NCBI GenBank assembly: GCA_964603945.1
Contig: CAZRWP010000001.1
Span: forward strand, 184,547 to 248,546
Reading direction: 5' to 3'
Source: an uncultured Pseudomonadales bacterium
GTDB taxonomy: Bacteria > Patescibacteriota > Microgenomatia > UBA1400 > UBA1396
Length of the DNA: 64,000 nt
Every line of letters begins with the position of its first letter. The first letter of the stretch is position 1. Below are positions 10,185-19,785 of this stretch, piece by piece. Under the pieces are notes generated by a model. That model was given only the letters and a program-made list of their open reading frames with translations, had not been told where the DNA came from and did not search any database. The translations under genes and the position numbers were made by a program.

Positions 10185-10472
10185 TTAGCGACCCATACCG
10201 CCCATCATACCGCCCAAACCGCCAGTCATTTCCTGGAGCTTTTTCGCGGCTAATTCCTGTGATTGTTTAATAGCTTTGTTAAGCGCCGTCACGGCTACGT
10301 CAGAAGTAATACCCTGAACACTGAACTCCTTGATGCGCTGATCACCGCTGATCACCACGCGGACATCGCCTTCTTCAATCACGATTTCCTCTTGAGCCAG
10401 TGCTTTCTGCATCTGCATTGCCTGCTGACGCAGTTTGTTCATGTCACCGAGAGCTTGTAATGGATTAGCCAT
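10185..10472 (-). CDS. ybaB: YbaB/EbfC nucleoid-associated protein
   Basis: 95 aa, lies between dnaX and recR; QAMQMQKAL...VVISGDQ pattern. Confidence 0.9.
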   Translation of the reverse strand: MANPLQALGDMNKLRQQAMQMQKALAQEEIVIEEGDVRVVISGDQRIKEFSVQGITSDVAVTALNKAIKQSQELAAKKLQEMTGGLGGMMGGMGR

Positions 10473-10588
10473 ATTCTCCTTCTGTTAAATGTTTCTTGTT
10501 TTATACGCGCGAACACGTGTTTTCTATTGTACCTTGTCTGCTGATAAATTCCTGATTGGATTGTTTCCAAGAAGAAACATTCTCCCAA

Positions 10589-10676
10589 GAAGGATCATCC
10601 TTGCCCTTAGTTTCCTCAAGAAGGATCATCCTAGGATGATCCTTCCAGGCAAGCGGATGGGCAAGGATGATCCTTC
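10589..10676 (-). repeat. 88-bp nested-palindrome REP-like element, copy 1
   Basis: Four GAAGGATCATCCT-type units; near-identical to the reverse complement of the copies at 13102 and 61848. Confidence 0.92.
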
Positions 10677-10789
10677 CAGGCTAAACATTCTCAAATATCA
10701 CAAAAAATGCCCTAGAATCAGCACATTTCAAAGATGTTCAAATATGTTCAAAGCTGTTTGAGCCGCTTAAGAACTAGCTTAAAACCAAT

Positions 10790-12490
10790 CTAAACCCCAT
10801 CTTCCAAATTCATCACCGCGGATTCCACCGCCTGGATCAGCTGATCTTCGCTTTCTTTAGCCGCCTCTGCTGAGACATCTTTGACCGGCTTGACCAAGGA
10901 ACAACGGAAATCGACTTCAGCTTGAAAACACTCAGTCAAGGCACGCTTAAACATGTCCTTGTATTTGGGTGATTCTAATTTTTCCTGATGAAAGCCCATA
11001 TCAAAACACACCTCAATTTCCTGATTTGCTACCTGGCCTAAACTGGCATTTCTAAGCAGAGATTCCAAAATCGGACTTTGTGTACGAGAAGTTAGCAGAA
11101 GTTTATTCCAAGCAGATTCAACCTGCTGACGAGATAAGGGATTATTTAATTTTTGTTTTGCAGACGAACCATTTTTTGCTGAAATCGCCTCATTTGCCGA
11201 CGAATCCATCGCCACCGCTTCAACGGCCTCAACCTCTGCAATCGCCTCCACATCTGTAATCGCTTCAACCTCTGCCACCACGCTGACATCATCCTTAACT
11301 AGCGGGATGGCCGGTTTTTGATCATTTTTTTTTACGCGGTTGGCGCTGGATTCAGTTTTTTGAGAAGAGTTTGGTTTATCAGGCTTTTTTTTTGTTTTTG
11401 ACGAACTTGCTTGATCAGTGTTTATTTTGTTTTCACCGCCATTTGCTCCAGACTCGCCATTTTCCGCCAAACACCAATCCAGACAAGCCAGTTCAAGCTT
11501 CAGGCCATCAATCGGCTCATAACCGCCAACCCGATCCGCCAAATGCCCAAGTAATCTGGCAATGTGGGAAATGGTCGCGGCCGGTTCCGGCCGTTCAATT
11601 GCCCGGTGCAAGCGCTCCTGCAACTGGTAAAACACCGCTTGTTCTAGGACGGCACTATCTAGGCCGCGCTGGCGATATTCTTGAAAAAACCCAGAAACAG
11701 CCGCCACATCTTTTTTGGCCAAATGCTTGAGCAGGGCAAGACTATCATCTGGACTGCCGGCAATTCGCTTGAGTTGCTCTTCATCAACCGCCTGCTCCTG
11801 TACTACCGCTTCAAAATACTTAACGGCGTCACGGAAACTGCCCTGAGCGGCAACAATAAGTTTCTGCCGAGCCTCTGCCGATAATTTGATTTTTTCTTGT
11901 TTAGCAATTACGTCTAAAACAGCCGTAATCTCATCTGGAGTTGCCTGCCGGAAACGAACCACCTCACACCTGGATTGCACCGTCGCCGGTATCTTGTGAG
12001 GCTCAGTGGTGGCTAAGACGAAAACGACCCGTTCTGGCGGCTCCTCGAGCATCTTTAGCAAGGCATTGAAGGCCTCAGTCGTCAACATGTGGACTTCATC
12101 CAAAATGACTACTCTAATCAAGCCTTCGCTGGGCACCACCGAAATTTGCTCCTGTAGCAAGCGAATATCATCAATTCCGCGGTGGCTGGCGGCGTCCTGC
12201 TCCAGTACCACCTGGGAACGTCCCAAGGCAATCTTCTGCAAAATCGGATCATCGCTGTCGGGTTCTTTAAGCGGACCGGACTGTTTTAAAACTTTTTTAC
12301 TATTGGCAGGATCATTTAGAATTCTGGCCAAAATGCGCGCAGCCGAGGTTTTGCCCGTACCCTTGGGACCAGCAAAAATGTAAGCGTGGGCATAGCGCCC
12401 TGATTTCAAAACACCCTGCAGATACTCTCTAACCGGAGCTAGAGCTAGCTCAGAAACCTTCTGCGGGCGATAAAGTCGATACCATGCCAT
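10790..12490 (-). CDS. dnaX: DNA polymerase III subunit gamma/tau
   Basis: YRLYRPQ, Walker A GPKGTGKT, DEVHML, LLKMLEEPP and SRC motifs. Confidence 0.97.
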   Translation of the reverse strand: MAWYRLYRPQKVSELALAPVREYLQGVLKSGRYAHAYIFAGPKGTGKTSAARILARILNDPANSKKVLKQSGPLKEPDSDDPILQKIALGRSQVVLEQDAASHRGIDDIRLLQEQISVVPSEGLIRVVILDEVHMLTTEAFNALLKMLEEPPERVVFVLATTEPHKIPATVQSRCEVVRFRQATPDEITAVLDVIAKQEKIKLSAEARQKLIVAAQGSFRDAVKYFEAVVQEQAVDEEQLKRIAGSPDDSLALLKHLAKKDVAAVSGFFQEYRQRGLDSAVLEQAVFYQLQERLHRAIERPEPAATISHIARLLGHLADRVGGYEPIDGLKLELACLDWCLAENGESGANGGENKINTDQASSSKTKKKPDKPNSSQKTESSANRVKKNDQKPAIPLVKDDVSVVAEVEAITDVEAIAEVEAVEAVAMDSSANEAISAKNGSSAKQKLNNPLSRQQVESAWNKLLLTSRTQSPILESLLRNASLGQVANQEIEVCFDMGFHQEKLESPKYKDMFKRALTECFQAEVDFRCSLVKPVKDVSAEAAKESEDQLIQAVESAVMNLEDGV

Positions 12491-12501
12491 GTCTAATTGG
12501 A

Positions 12502-12530
12502 GTTATACCGTTATGTGAGTCGCGGGGCAA
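12502..12530 (-). promoter_or_regulatory. sigma70-type promoter of dnaX
   Basis: TTGCCC-N17-TATAAC on the minus strand, 11 nt before the ATG. Confidence 0.55.
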
Positions 12531-12595
12531 GCTGAATGTGTTCCAAATCTCCTGCCCGTTCACCTCTATAACTGTTCCCCTATAATAGCGATAGC

Positions 12596-13087
12596 ATGAG
12601 ACGAACGCAAATCAGTGTCACCGTATTTTTAAAATGCCAATCAAAGTATTTATTTTTACTGAGATCCCCAGAGCGAACCGTTGACGCCAACCGGCTAAAC
12701 GGCATCGGCGGCAAGGTGGAATCCGGCGAAAATTTCCTTGATACTGCCCTGCGCGAAACTCAGGAAGAAACCGGTTATTTGGTAACGGCTGAGCAAACCA
12801 GGTGGGCTGGAATGGCCAACTTGGAAGGCGGTTATCCAGTCGATTGGATTACTGTCTTTTTTGTAATTGAAGTAGATTCACTTGAAATTCCCGTCGGCCA
12901 CGATACCCGTGAAGGCCAGCTGATGTGGCTCAAACCAGACGAAGTTTTGAGCTCAAAGCATGAATTGGTTGATGATCTATATTTGATCTGGCCTCTCGTG
13001 ATTAAACAACAACCATTTTTCTTGCAAGCAACCTTAAACGACCAAGAAAAAATAGCTAAGCATTCTTTAACGATTTTGCCTAAGTAG
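12596..13087 (+). CDS. NUDIX hydrolase (MutT-like)
   Basis: Nudix box GGKVESGENFLDTALRETQEETG. Confidence 0.92.
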   Translation: MRRTQISVTVFLKCQSKYLFLLRSPERTVDANRLNGIGGKVESGENFLDTALRETQEETGYLVTAEQTRWAGMANLEGGYPVDWITVFFVIEVDSLEIPVGHDTREGQLMWLKPDEVLSSKHELVDDLYLIWPLVIKQQPFFLQATLNDQEKIAKHSLTILPK

Positions 13088-13101
13088 TTTTTTATTAAAC
13101 T

Positions 13102-13189
13102 GAAGGATCATCCTTGCCCCTCCGCTTGCCTGGAAGGATCATCCTAGGATGATCCTTCTTGAGGAAACTACGGGCAAGGATGATCCTTT
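13102..13189 (+). repeat. 88-bp nested-palindrome REP-like element, copy 2
   Basis: GAAGGATCATCCTTGCCC...GAAGGATCATCCTAGGATGATCCTTCTTGAGGAAACT..GGGCAAGGATGATCCTT. Confidence 0.92.
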
Positions 13190-13250
13190 CTTACAAACAA
13201 GCTTCATTCGCCATCAAACGACTAACAATTAAAAATATTCTTTAAACTCC

Positions 13251-13415
13251 AATGAAAATTTTGATCTTTCCGACGAGACATATGGCTTTAGCCATCGTCC
13301 TAACCAACGCGAGACTTATTCCGACGAAACTTAGAGCTTTAGCTCTCGTAGAAAGATCATTACTCAAATGAAAATTTTGACCTTTGCGACGAGACACATG
13401 GCTTTAGCCATCGTC
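13251..13415. repeat. direct repeats carrying ATGGCTTTAGCCAT hairpins (three related units)
   Basis: AATGAAAATTTTGA.CTTT.CGACGAGACA.ATGGCTTTAGCCATCGTC at 13251 and 13367; variant GACGAAACTTAGAGCTTTAGCTCTCGT at 13323. Confidence 0.8.
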
Positions 13416-13436
13416 GAGGAGAAAAGTGTCAAAATT

Positions 13437-13961
13437 TTAACGCTTCGGACTCTGTCTCTTGGAGCGAGCTTTACCACCTCGACCTGGCTTACGGCTTTCC
13501 TTCATCCGTGGGTCACGGGTGAGGAAACCGGCATCACGCAGAGGCTTCTTGTAGTCAGCGTCAACTTTAACTAAAGCGCGGGAAATACCCATGATGACAG
13601 CTTCTAGTTGAGCCGCTGAGCCTGAGCCGCTAGTCTTAACCGAAACGGCATATTTGCCCAAAGTATTGGTAACACGAAAAGGAGCTGTAAATAGCTTTTC
13701 CGGATCAATCACTGAGTTGAAATGTTCAACCATGGTTCGGTCATTAATAATGTAATCACCAGGCTGCATGTACAAACGAACTCTGGCGGTAGCATTCTTG
13801 CGACGGCCAATAGCGACCAAATACTCACCCTGAGGCAAGCTCATCGCCTGGCGGTTAGAACTAGCACTGGCTCGTGCCGACTTCTTAGCCGATACGCGAG
13901 GTTGTTGCTTTTTAACTACCCTTTGGACTTTGCTTGCTGATTTCTTGAACTGTTTTGCCAT
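13437..13961 (-). CDS. rpsI: 30S ribosomal protein S9 with a basic N-terminal extension
   Basis: GRRKNATARV, LTRDPRMKESRK, C-terminal QSPKR. Confidence 0.97.
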   Translation of the reverse strand: MAKQFKKSASKVQRVVKKQQPRVSAKKSARASASSNRQAMSLPQGEYLVAIGRRKNATARVRLYMQPGDYIINDRTMVEHFNSVIDPEKLFTAPFRVTNTLGKYAVSVKTSGSGSAAQLEAVIMGISRALVKVDADYKKPLRDAGFLTRDPRMKESRKPGRGGKARSKRQSPKR

Positions 13962-13969
13962 ATAAACCT

Positions 13970-14386
13970 TTATGCCTTTAGTTTGTCAGCGTAAGGGTGC
14001 TGATCATCCGACAATATCTTTAATCTTAGTAAGCGTGGTTGCTGTAATTTGTTTTTAGGGAGCATGCCTTTAACGGCTGACTCAATAATCTGTTCTGGAG
14101 CGCGTTGGCGCAGAGTGGCTAAGTTTTCTTGTTTAAATCCGCCCGGCTGACCGCTGTGGCGATAGTACATTTTATTAGCTTCTTTATTGCCGGTAACGGC
14201 TACTTCTTTAGCGTTAATAACCACGACGTAATCACCGCTATCAATGTGAGGTGTATAGGTTGGCTTGTGCTTGCCAATCAACCAATTAGCCGCTTGGGTG
14301 GCAACCTGACCCAAAACCTTGCCCTTGGCATCAATTAAGTGCCACTCGCGTTGAATTTCGGCTGTTTTTTGCATGTAAGTTTTCAT
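13970..14386 (-). CDS. rplM: 50S ribosomal protein L13
   Basis: REWHLIDA, GKHKPTYTPHIDSGD, VKGMLPKN; ATG at 14386 chosen as start. Confidence 0.97.
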   Translation of the reverse strand: MKTYMQKTAEIQREWHLIDAKGKVLGQVATQAANWLIGKHKPTYTPHIDSGDYVVVINAKEVAVTGNKEANKMYYRHSGQPGGFKQENLATLRQRAPEQIIESAVKGMLPKNKLQQPRLLRLKILSDDQHPYADKLKA

Positions 14387-14397
14387 AAACACCTTAA

Positions 14398-14997
14398 TTA
14401 TTTAGCAGTCTCTGTCTTAGCTTTGGTTTTGGCTGAAGCAGACTTGCTGGTTGGCTTTTTAGCCACTTTTTTTGCTGACTTTTCCTCAGTTTTAGCTGAA
14501 GATTTTTTACTTGTTTTGTCAGATTTTTCACTAACCTTAGCTGTTTTTTCGCTTTTCTTAGCGTTGTCTTTGCCTGCTTTAGTTTCAGCTTTTTTGGCTG
14601 AGTCAACTTTTTTAGCAGTTTCTGCAACTTCTTTTTCAATTGGCTGACTAACTAACTCAAGCTTAACCATTGAGGAATCATCACCGCGGCGGCGACCTAA
14701 ACGGGTCAAGGTTGTAAAACCAGACTTCCGATCTTTTAAGGCTGGTGCCACACCATCAACAATTCGGTTAACGATTTGTTTAGAGCCGAAGAAGTGCTCC
14801 AAAGTGCGACGAGCATTTAAAGTCCCAGGTTTGGCCTTGGAAATAACTTTGTCAGCTAAACGACGAATAACTTTGGCTTTGGCTTCGGTGGTCTCAATGG
14901 CGCCTTCTTCAAACAGCGATTTCAGCATGCCTTTAAACAAAGCTTGACGCTGTTTGGTATTTCGGCTGAGAGCTTTACCTTTTACACGATGACGCAT
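14398..14997 (-). CDS. rplQ: 50S ribosomal protein L17 with a Lys-rich C-terminal tail
   Basis: MRHRVKG, IETTEAKAK, RRGDDS. Confidence 0.97.
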   Translation of the reverse strand: MRHRVKGKALSRNTKQRQALFKGMLKSLFEEGAIETTEAKAKVIRRLADKVISKAKPGTLNARRTLEHFFGSKQIVNRIVDGVAPALKDRKSGFTTLTRLGRRRGDDSSMVKLELVSQPIEKEVAETAKKVDSAKKAETKAGKDNAKKSEKTAKVSEKSDKTSKKSSAKTEEKSAKKVAKKPTSKSASAKTKAKTETAK

Positions 14998-15010
14998 AAT
15001 TTCCTATTTC

Positions 15011-15946
15011 TTATTCTTCCGTTTCTGCCTGCAGTGATTTAAAACCAGCGCCAACCTTTTCTAGAGCTTCTTCAACCATATCTACTGACTTGTCACCCAG
15101 GTTTTTAACCAGAGAGGCTTGAGTCTTGGTTACATTGGCCATATCACCAACAGTGCTGTAGCCAGCTTTACGCAGGGCATTGGCGATCCGGGTTGGCAGT
15201 TCCAGCTCTTCAATGGTGAGACGGTTGGTCTCATTTTGAGGTTGGCTGGCAACTTCGACACTCTTTTGAACTACGTCGGTCGGATTAATCACTTGCTGGA
15301 AGTGGCCAATCAGGATTTCGGCTGACTGGTCCAGAACCTGGCGGGCGTCAACGGTGCCATCAGTCCAGACCTTTAAGATCAGTTTATCAAAGTCGGTGCG
15401 GCGGCCAACACGAGTTTCTTCAACTGTGTAGGCAACCTTGGTTACTGGCGAATAAATCGCATCAACCATTAATTCACCGGAAAGATCTTCTGATTCGCGC
15501 TCATTAGCTGGGCTGAAACCAATGCCGTATTCAACTGTTAATTCTAAATCCAAGGTCGAATCAGCTGACATAGTAGCCAAGTGATGTTGTTTGTTAACAA
15601 TCTCTACATTACCTGGACATTTAATATCACCGGCAGTAATTTCGCCGCCTTTTTTCTGGAGAGTTAAGTGAGTTGGATCGGTTAAATCAGATTTAATCCG
15701 GACTTCTTTGAGGTTAAGCATCAGCTCGACCACATCTTCGGTCATACCTTTGACGGTCTGGAATTCGTGATCTACGCCTTTAATCTTAACGGCGGTAATA
15801 GCGTGACCGGCAATTGAAGACAAAAGCACTCGGCGCAGGGCATTACCTACAGTGTGGCCATAGCCACGCTCCAAAGGTTCTAAGACAAATTCGGTATAGT
15901 CATCAGCCTGTTGGGCAATGAGTACGTTAAATACGGGTTTTATCAT
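15011..15946 (-). CDS. rpoA: RNA polymerase subunit alpha
   Basis: EPLERGYGHTVGNALRRVLLSS, DAIYSPV, and an alpha-CTD. Confidence 0.98.
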   Translation of the reverse strand: MIKPVFNVLIAQQADDYTEFVLEPLERGYGHTVGNALRRVLLSSIAGHAITAVKIKGVDHEFQTVKGMTEDVVELMLNLKEVRIKSDLTDPTHLTLQKKGGEITAGDIKCPGNVEIVNKQHHLATMSADSTLDLELTVEYGIGFSPANERESEDLSGELMVDAIYSPVTKVAYTVEETRVGRRTDFDKLILKVWTDGTVDARQVLDQSAEILIGHFQQVINPTDVVQKSVEVASQPQNETNRLTIEELELPTRIANALRKAGYSTVGDMANVTKTQASLVKNLGDKSVDMVEEALEKVGAGFKSLQAETEE

Positions 15947-15954
15947 AGGGCTCC

Positions 15955-16566
15955 TTATCTTGAGTAGTATTCCACCACGAGCTGTTCTTCAATTCCTTCG
16001 GTAATGTCTTCGCGCTCGGGCAACGCAGTGACTTTACCAATAGTGGCTTTTCGCTCCAGCCACTTGGGAGTATTAATAACTGATTTTTCTCCAAGAAGTT
16101 CAGCAACATAAGGGATCTTGGCCGCTTTGGATGAGATCTCAATCACATCACCAATCTGAACTCGGAATGAGGCAATATCTAGTCTCTTGCCATTAACCTT
16201 GACGTGGCCGTGAGTAACCATCTGACGGGCGGCGGCTCTGGTAGGGGCAAACCCCAATCTAAAGACGACACTGTCCAGGCGGCGCTCCAAGAGCTTTAAC
16301 AGCTCCTGACCGGTACCTAAGGTTGATTTCATAGCTTCAGCGTAAGTGCGGCGCAGATATTTTTCCTGAACGCCATAAATATAACGAACTTTCTGCTTCT
16401 CCTGCAGTTGAACGCCATATTCGGACAGCTTGCGGCGCATATTGCGGCCGTGCTGGCCAGGACGAATGTTCAAGCGGCGAGCCACTTTTAAAGCATTCGT
16501 CTTTAAGCCGAGGTCTTGCCCGACTTTTCTTGATAGTTTGATTTTAGGACCGGTATATCTAGCCAT
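15955..16566 (-). CDS. rpsD: 30S ribosomal protein S4
   Basis: MARYTGP, QLQEKQK, LERRLDSVV, VVEYYSR. Confidence 0.98.
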   Translation of the reverse strand: MARYTGPKIKLSRKVGQDLGLKTNALKVARRLNIRPGQHGRNMRRKLSEYGVQLQEKQKVRYIYGVQEKYLRRTYAEAMKSTLGTGQELLKLLERRLDSVVFRLGFAPTRAAARQMVTHGHVKVNGKRLDIASFRVQIGDVIEISSKAAKIPYVAELLGEKSVINTPKWLERKATIGKVTALPEREDITEGIEEQLVVEYYSR

Positions 16567-16951
16567 GTTTCATCTTCCGTGCTTTAGTTCCGTTGTGAGG
16601 GATCGGGGTTACATCCGCGATCATCCCTAATGAAATTCCTGAGTTTCGAATTACGCGCAAGACGGCGTCGCGTCCTGGACCGGCACCTTTAATGTATAAA
16701 TCGGCTGAGCGCATGCCCATTTCCCTGGCACGGTCCAAACCTGTTTCAATCGCCACCGTGGCGGCGTAAGGAGTGGATTTGCGAGAGCCGGTAAAACCGA
16801 CTGCTCCAGTTGAGCTTGAGGAAATTGTGTTGCCGTGATCATCCGTTACTGTTACTAAAGTATTATTAAAAGTCGCATTAATGTAAATGCGGCCTTTTTG
16901 TACCACTTTGGCGTTTTTCTTGCGGGATGAGCTTGATCTTGGATTAGCCAT
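16559..16951 (-). CDS. rpsK: 30S ribosomal protein S11
   Basis: ATFNNT, RKSTPYAA, DVTPIPHNG. Confidence 0.98.
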   Translation of the reverse strand: MANPRSSSSRKKNAKVVQKGRIYINATFNNTLVTVTDDHGNTISSSSTGAVGFTGSRKSTPYAATVAIETGLDRAREMGMRSADLYIKGAGPGRDAVLRVIRNSGISLGMIADVTPIPHNGTKARKMKHG

Positions 16952-16969
16952 ATATAAATACCTTGGAGA

Positions 16970-17374
16970 TTAACCTCTTTTAGCTTCTTCCATTTTGGCG
17001 GCCATTTCTTTTGTCATGGCTCCGACAGTGCGGCGCTTGCCGCGGCGGGTACGGGCGTTAGTCCGAGTTCGCTGACCGCGTGACGGTAGCATTTGAACGT
17101 GCCGATAACCACGATAACTGCTGATTCTTTTGAGTCGCTCAATTGAATCACGGATTTTCTGTCTTAAATTACCTTCAACTTCAAATGAGGCTTCAATAAC
17201 TTTCTGCAAACGATTGACTTCATCAGGAGTAAGCTCACTGACTCGTTTGTCACCATCTACTTTAGACTGGCTGAGAACTGTCTGAACATTAGACCGGCCA
17301 ACGCCATAAATATAAGTTAAAGCGATGAACACTTTTTTGTTATTTGGTAGATCAATTCCTGCTATACGTGGCAT
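16970..17374 (-). CDS. rpsM: 30S ribosomal protein S13
   Basis: RIAGIDLP, RGQRTRTNARTRRG. Confidence 0.98.
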   Translation of the reverse strand: MPRIAGIDLPNNKKVFIALTYIYGVGRSNVQTVLSQSKVDGDKRVSELTPDEVNRLQKVIEASFEVEGNLRQKIRDSIERLKRISSYRGYRHVQMLPSRGQRTRTNARTRRGKRRTVGAMTKEMAAKMEEAKRG

Positions 17375-17376
17375 AT

Positions 17377-17490
17377 TTATCCTTGAGTCTGGTTGTGGCG
17401 GCGGTTAACACACCGGATCATAAGTTTACCCTTACGGCGAATAAACTTGCATTGACGACAGCGTGGTTTAACACTTGTTTTGTATTTCAT
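17377..17490 (-). CDS. rpmJ: 50S ribosomal protein L36 (zinc-binding type; absent from the ORF track)
   Basis: Read by hand: MKYKTSVKPRCRQCKFIRRKGKLMIRCVNRRHNQTQG*, between infA and rpsM. Confidence 0.95.
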   Translation of the reverse strand: MKYKTSVKPRCRQCKFIRRKGKLMIRCVNRRHNQTQG

Positions 17491-17492
17491 GT

Positions 17493-17888
17493 TTATTTTT
17501 CTATTTTTTCTTCAACTTTGGCTTTAGCCTTTACAGTTTCCACCTCTTTTGAGTTGGATTCGGCTTCGCCTGATTCTACTTTTTCAGCTGGCTGAACAGC
17601 CTGCTCTTCGGGAGTGTTAACACCCGATAATTCATGATCCCGCAGACGTCTTGTAATCCGGCCACGGTTTAGATCATAAACACTTAGTTCGGCCGTGACT
17701 TTATCGCCAGGCAGAACTCTAATGCGAAAGCGACGCATCTTACCGTTTAAGGTGCAGAGTACGGACTTTCCAATAATTTCTTCAGGTCCTTCGAGAACTG
17801 TTACTCGGAACATGGTATTTGGTAGGGATTCTGTCACCTCACCTGTGAGGATCAGAATATCTTTGCGTTGTTGACTACTTATTGCCAT
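17493..17888 (-). CDS. infA: translation initiation factor IF-1 with a C-terminal extension
   Basis: [38 protein letters not shown]. Confidence 0.95.
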   Translation of the reverse strand: MAISSQQRKDILILTGEVTESLPNTMFRVTVLEGPEEIIGKSVLCTLNGKMRRFRIRVLPGDKVTAELSVYDLNRGRITRRLRDHELSGVNTPEEQAVQPAEKVESGEAESNSKEVETVKAKAKVEEKIEK

Positions 17889-17928
17889 GTAATGTTCCTG
17901 GTTTCACAGAGCCTGGATTGTACCAGAT

Positions 17929-18483
17929 TCACTGCCTGGTATCAAGACGTTTAATGATTTCGTTAAAAATCATCTGAACATCCTGCTCTCCGTCGATTTC
18001 TTCTAGCAAACCTTTCTGACGATAATACTCAATTACCGGCTCGGTGTGCTCATGGAATTGCTGGATACGCTTGCGAATAGCGGGTAAAGTTTCATCTTCT
18101 CTTAGTTCGGAACCATCCATAATCCGACCCGCAATGCGCCACAGCGCTTCTTTGTCTGAAATATTGAGATAAATTACGGCCGCTACCCCATTTTTAAAGG
18201 CTTCAGCCTGGGGAACGGTGCGTGGGAAGCCATCTAGGATGTAGCCACCTTCATATTCCGGCCGTTCCAGATATCCTTGTACAATTTCTGTGGTCCGGTC
18301 GTCCGGAATCAGCATACCGGCATTCATAACTTCTTTAATATAACGGCCAAGAGGTGTTTTTTCTCTGGCGATATTCCGGAAAATATGGCCTGAAGACAGA
18401 TAAGGAATATTGTAATAATCCTTGAGCAGATTTCCTTGTGTCGATTTACCTGCTCCCTGAATGCCAACAATAACTACTTTCAT
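17929..18483 (-). CDS. adk: adenylate kinase (short LID)
   Basis: GIQGAGKSTQ, ILDGFPRT; follows secY. Confidence 0.95.
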   Translation of the reverse strand: MKVVIVGIQGAGKSTQGNLLKDYYNIPYLSSGHIFRNIAREKTPLGRYIKEVMNAGMLIPDDRTTEIVQGYLERPEYEGGYILDGFPRTVPQAEAFKNGVAAVIYLNISDKEALWRIAGRIMDGSELREDETLPAIRKRIQQFHEHTEPVIEYYRQKGLLEEIDGEQDVQMIFNEIIKRLDTRQ

Positions 18484-18498
18484 AGAGATCTCCTATTT

Positions 18499-19785
18499 TT
18501 AGACGTATTCCTCGTAACGATCATGAACCAGCTGAGATTGAACCTGCTGTAAGGTATCTAGAACCACCGAAACGACAATTAAAAGTCCCGTTCCGCCCAA
18601 AGTTAAAGTTGAAGAACCGGTGTACTGCTGAGCGAGTAACGGCAGAACCGCCACTACTGCTAGGTAAAGTCCACCAATAAAGGAAATCCTCAGCAAAACT
18701 CGAAGTAACAACTTTGAGGTAGGTTTGCCTGGTCTGACACCTGGTACAAAAGCACCGGATTTTTTAAGATCCTCGGCAAATTCTTTAGGATTAAAGTAGA
18801 CAAAAATGGCAAAGAAGGTAAAGGCAAAGACAAAAATAAAGTAGAGCGTGGTGTAGAACGAACTGCCTGGCGTAAATAATGTCTGCGCCTGACGAGCAAC
18901 ATTAGCCAGCCAGCCTGGAACATCGACGTTCAAGATTAAGGAAGCTAAAGTCGAAGGCAAAGTTAAAACCGGCAAAGCGAAAATGATCGGCATCACGCCA
19001 AATTGAGTAACCCGGATCGGAACATGTGACATGGAACCGCCGTACATGGCTGAACCGCGCTGGCGCTTGGCTTGCTGAATCGGAATTCGTCGCACCGCCT
19101 GCTGCATAAACACCACCGAAGCCATCAAGGCTAACAAAGCCGCACCGAGTCCCAGCACAATACCAAGACCAAGGAAATCACGCAGAGCAAATGTCTGAGC
19201 TATTGATTGCGGAATACTACTGATAATTCCGACAAAGATAATCCAAGAAGTGCCATTGCCAACGCCATGCTTGGTTAAGAGTTCACCAATCCACATGACC
19301 ACTAAAGAACCTGCCACCAGCGATAAAATAATGGCAACAAAATCCATGGGTGAAGTGGCCGTCAGCAAATTTTGCGATCTCAAGAGGAACAACAGTGATA
19401 ACGACTGAACCACACCAATCGGCACGGACAAAAATCGCGTCCACTGCTGAATTTGCGCCCGGGAAGCTTCGCTTTCCTTCTGCATCTCCTTTAAGCGGGA
19501 AATAAATAAGCCCGCCACCTGAAGCATAATGGACGAAGTAATATACGGACTAATACCCACAGCCGCGATTGAAAAGTTGGTCAAAGTTCCACCAGAGAAA
19601 ATATTTAAAATTCCCAGGAACTGATTGTTTTCGAGAATGGTGCGTAGTTGTTCAACGTTAACGCCAAATAAAGGTACAAAAGCAATTAAACGGAAAAATG
19701 CCGTTAATCCCAGAGTAGCTAGTAGCTTCTGCCGCAGGTCTTTGGACCACCATAAACCCCGCAGTATTTGTAGTACTTTTTTCAC
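18499..19785 (-). CDS. secY: preprotein translocase subunit SecY
   Basis: GISPYITSSI, GVGNGTS, GVMPIIFA, PGVRPG, GGTGLLIVV. Confidence 0.98.
   Translation of the reverse strand: MKKVLQILRGLWWSKDLRQKLLATLGLTAFFRLIAFVPLFGVNVEQLRTILENNQFLGILNIFSGGTLTNFSIAAVGISPYITSSIMLQVAGLFISRLKEMQKESEASRAQIQQWTRFLSVPIGVVQSLSLLFLLRSQNLLTATSPMDFVAIILSLVAGSLVVMWIGELLTKHGVGNGTSWIIFVGIISSIPQSIAQTFALRDFLGLGIVLGLGAALLALMASVVFMQQAVRRIPIQQAKRQRGSAMYGGSMSHVPIRVTQFGVMPIIFALPVLTLPSTLASLILNVDVPGWLANVARQAQTLFTPGSSFYTTLYFIFVFAFTFFAIFVYFNPKEFAEDLKKSGAFVPGVRPGKPTSKLLLRVLLRISFIGGLYLAVVAVLPLLAQQYTGSSTLTLGGTGLLIVVSVVLDTLQQVQSQLVHDRYEEYV

Noticed and set aside
10489-10761. 90-aa ORF between ybaB and dnaX
   Set aside because: It runs through the palindromic repeat and has no protein-like features.
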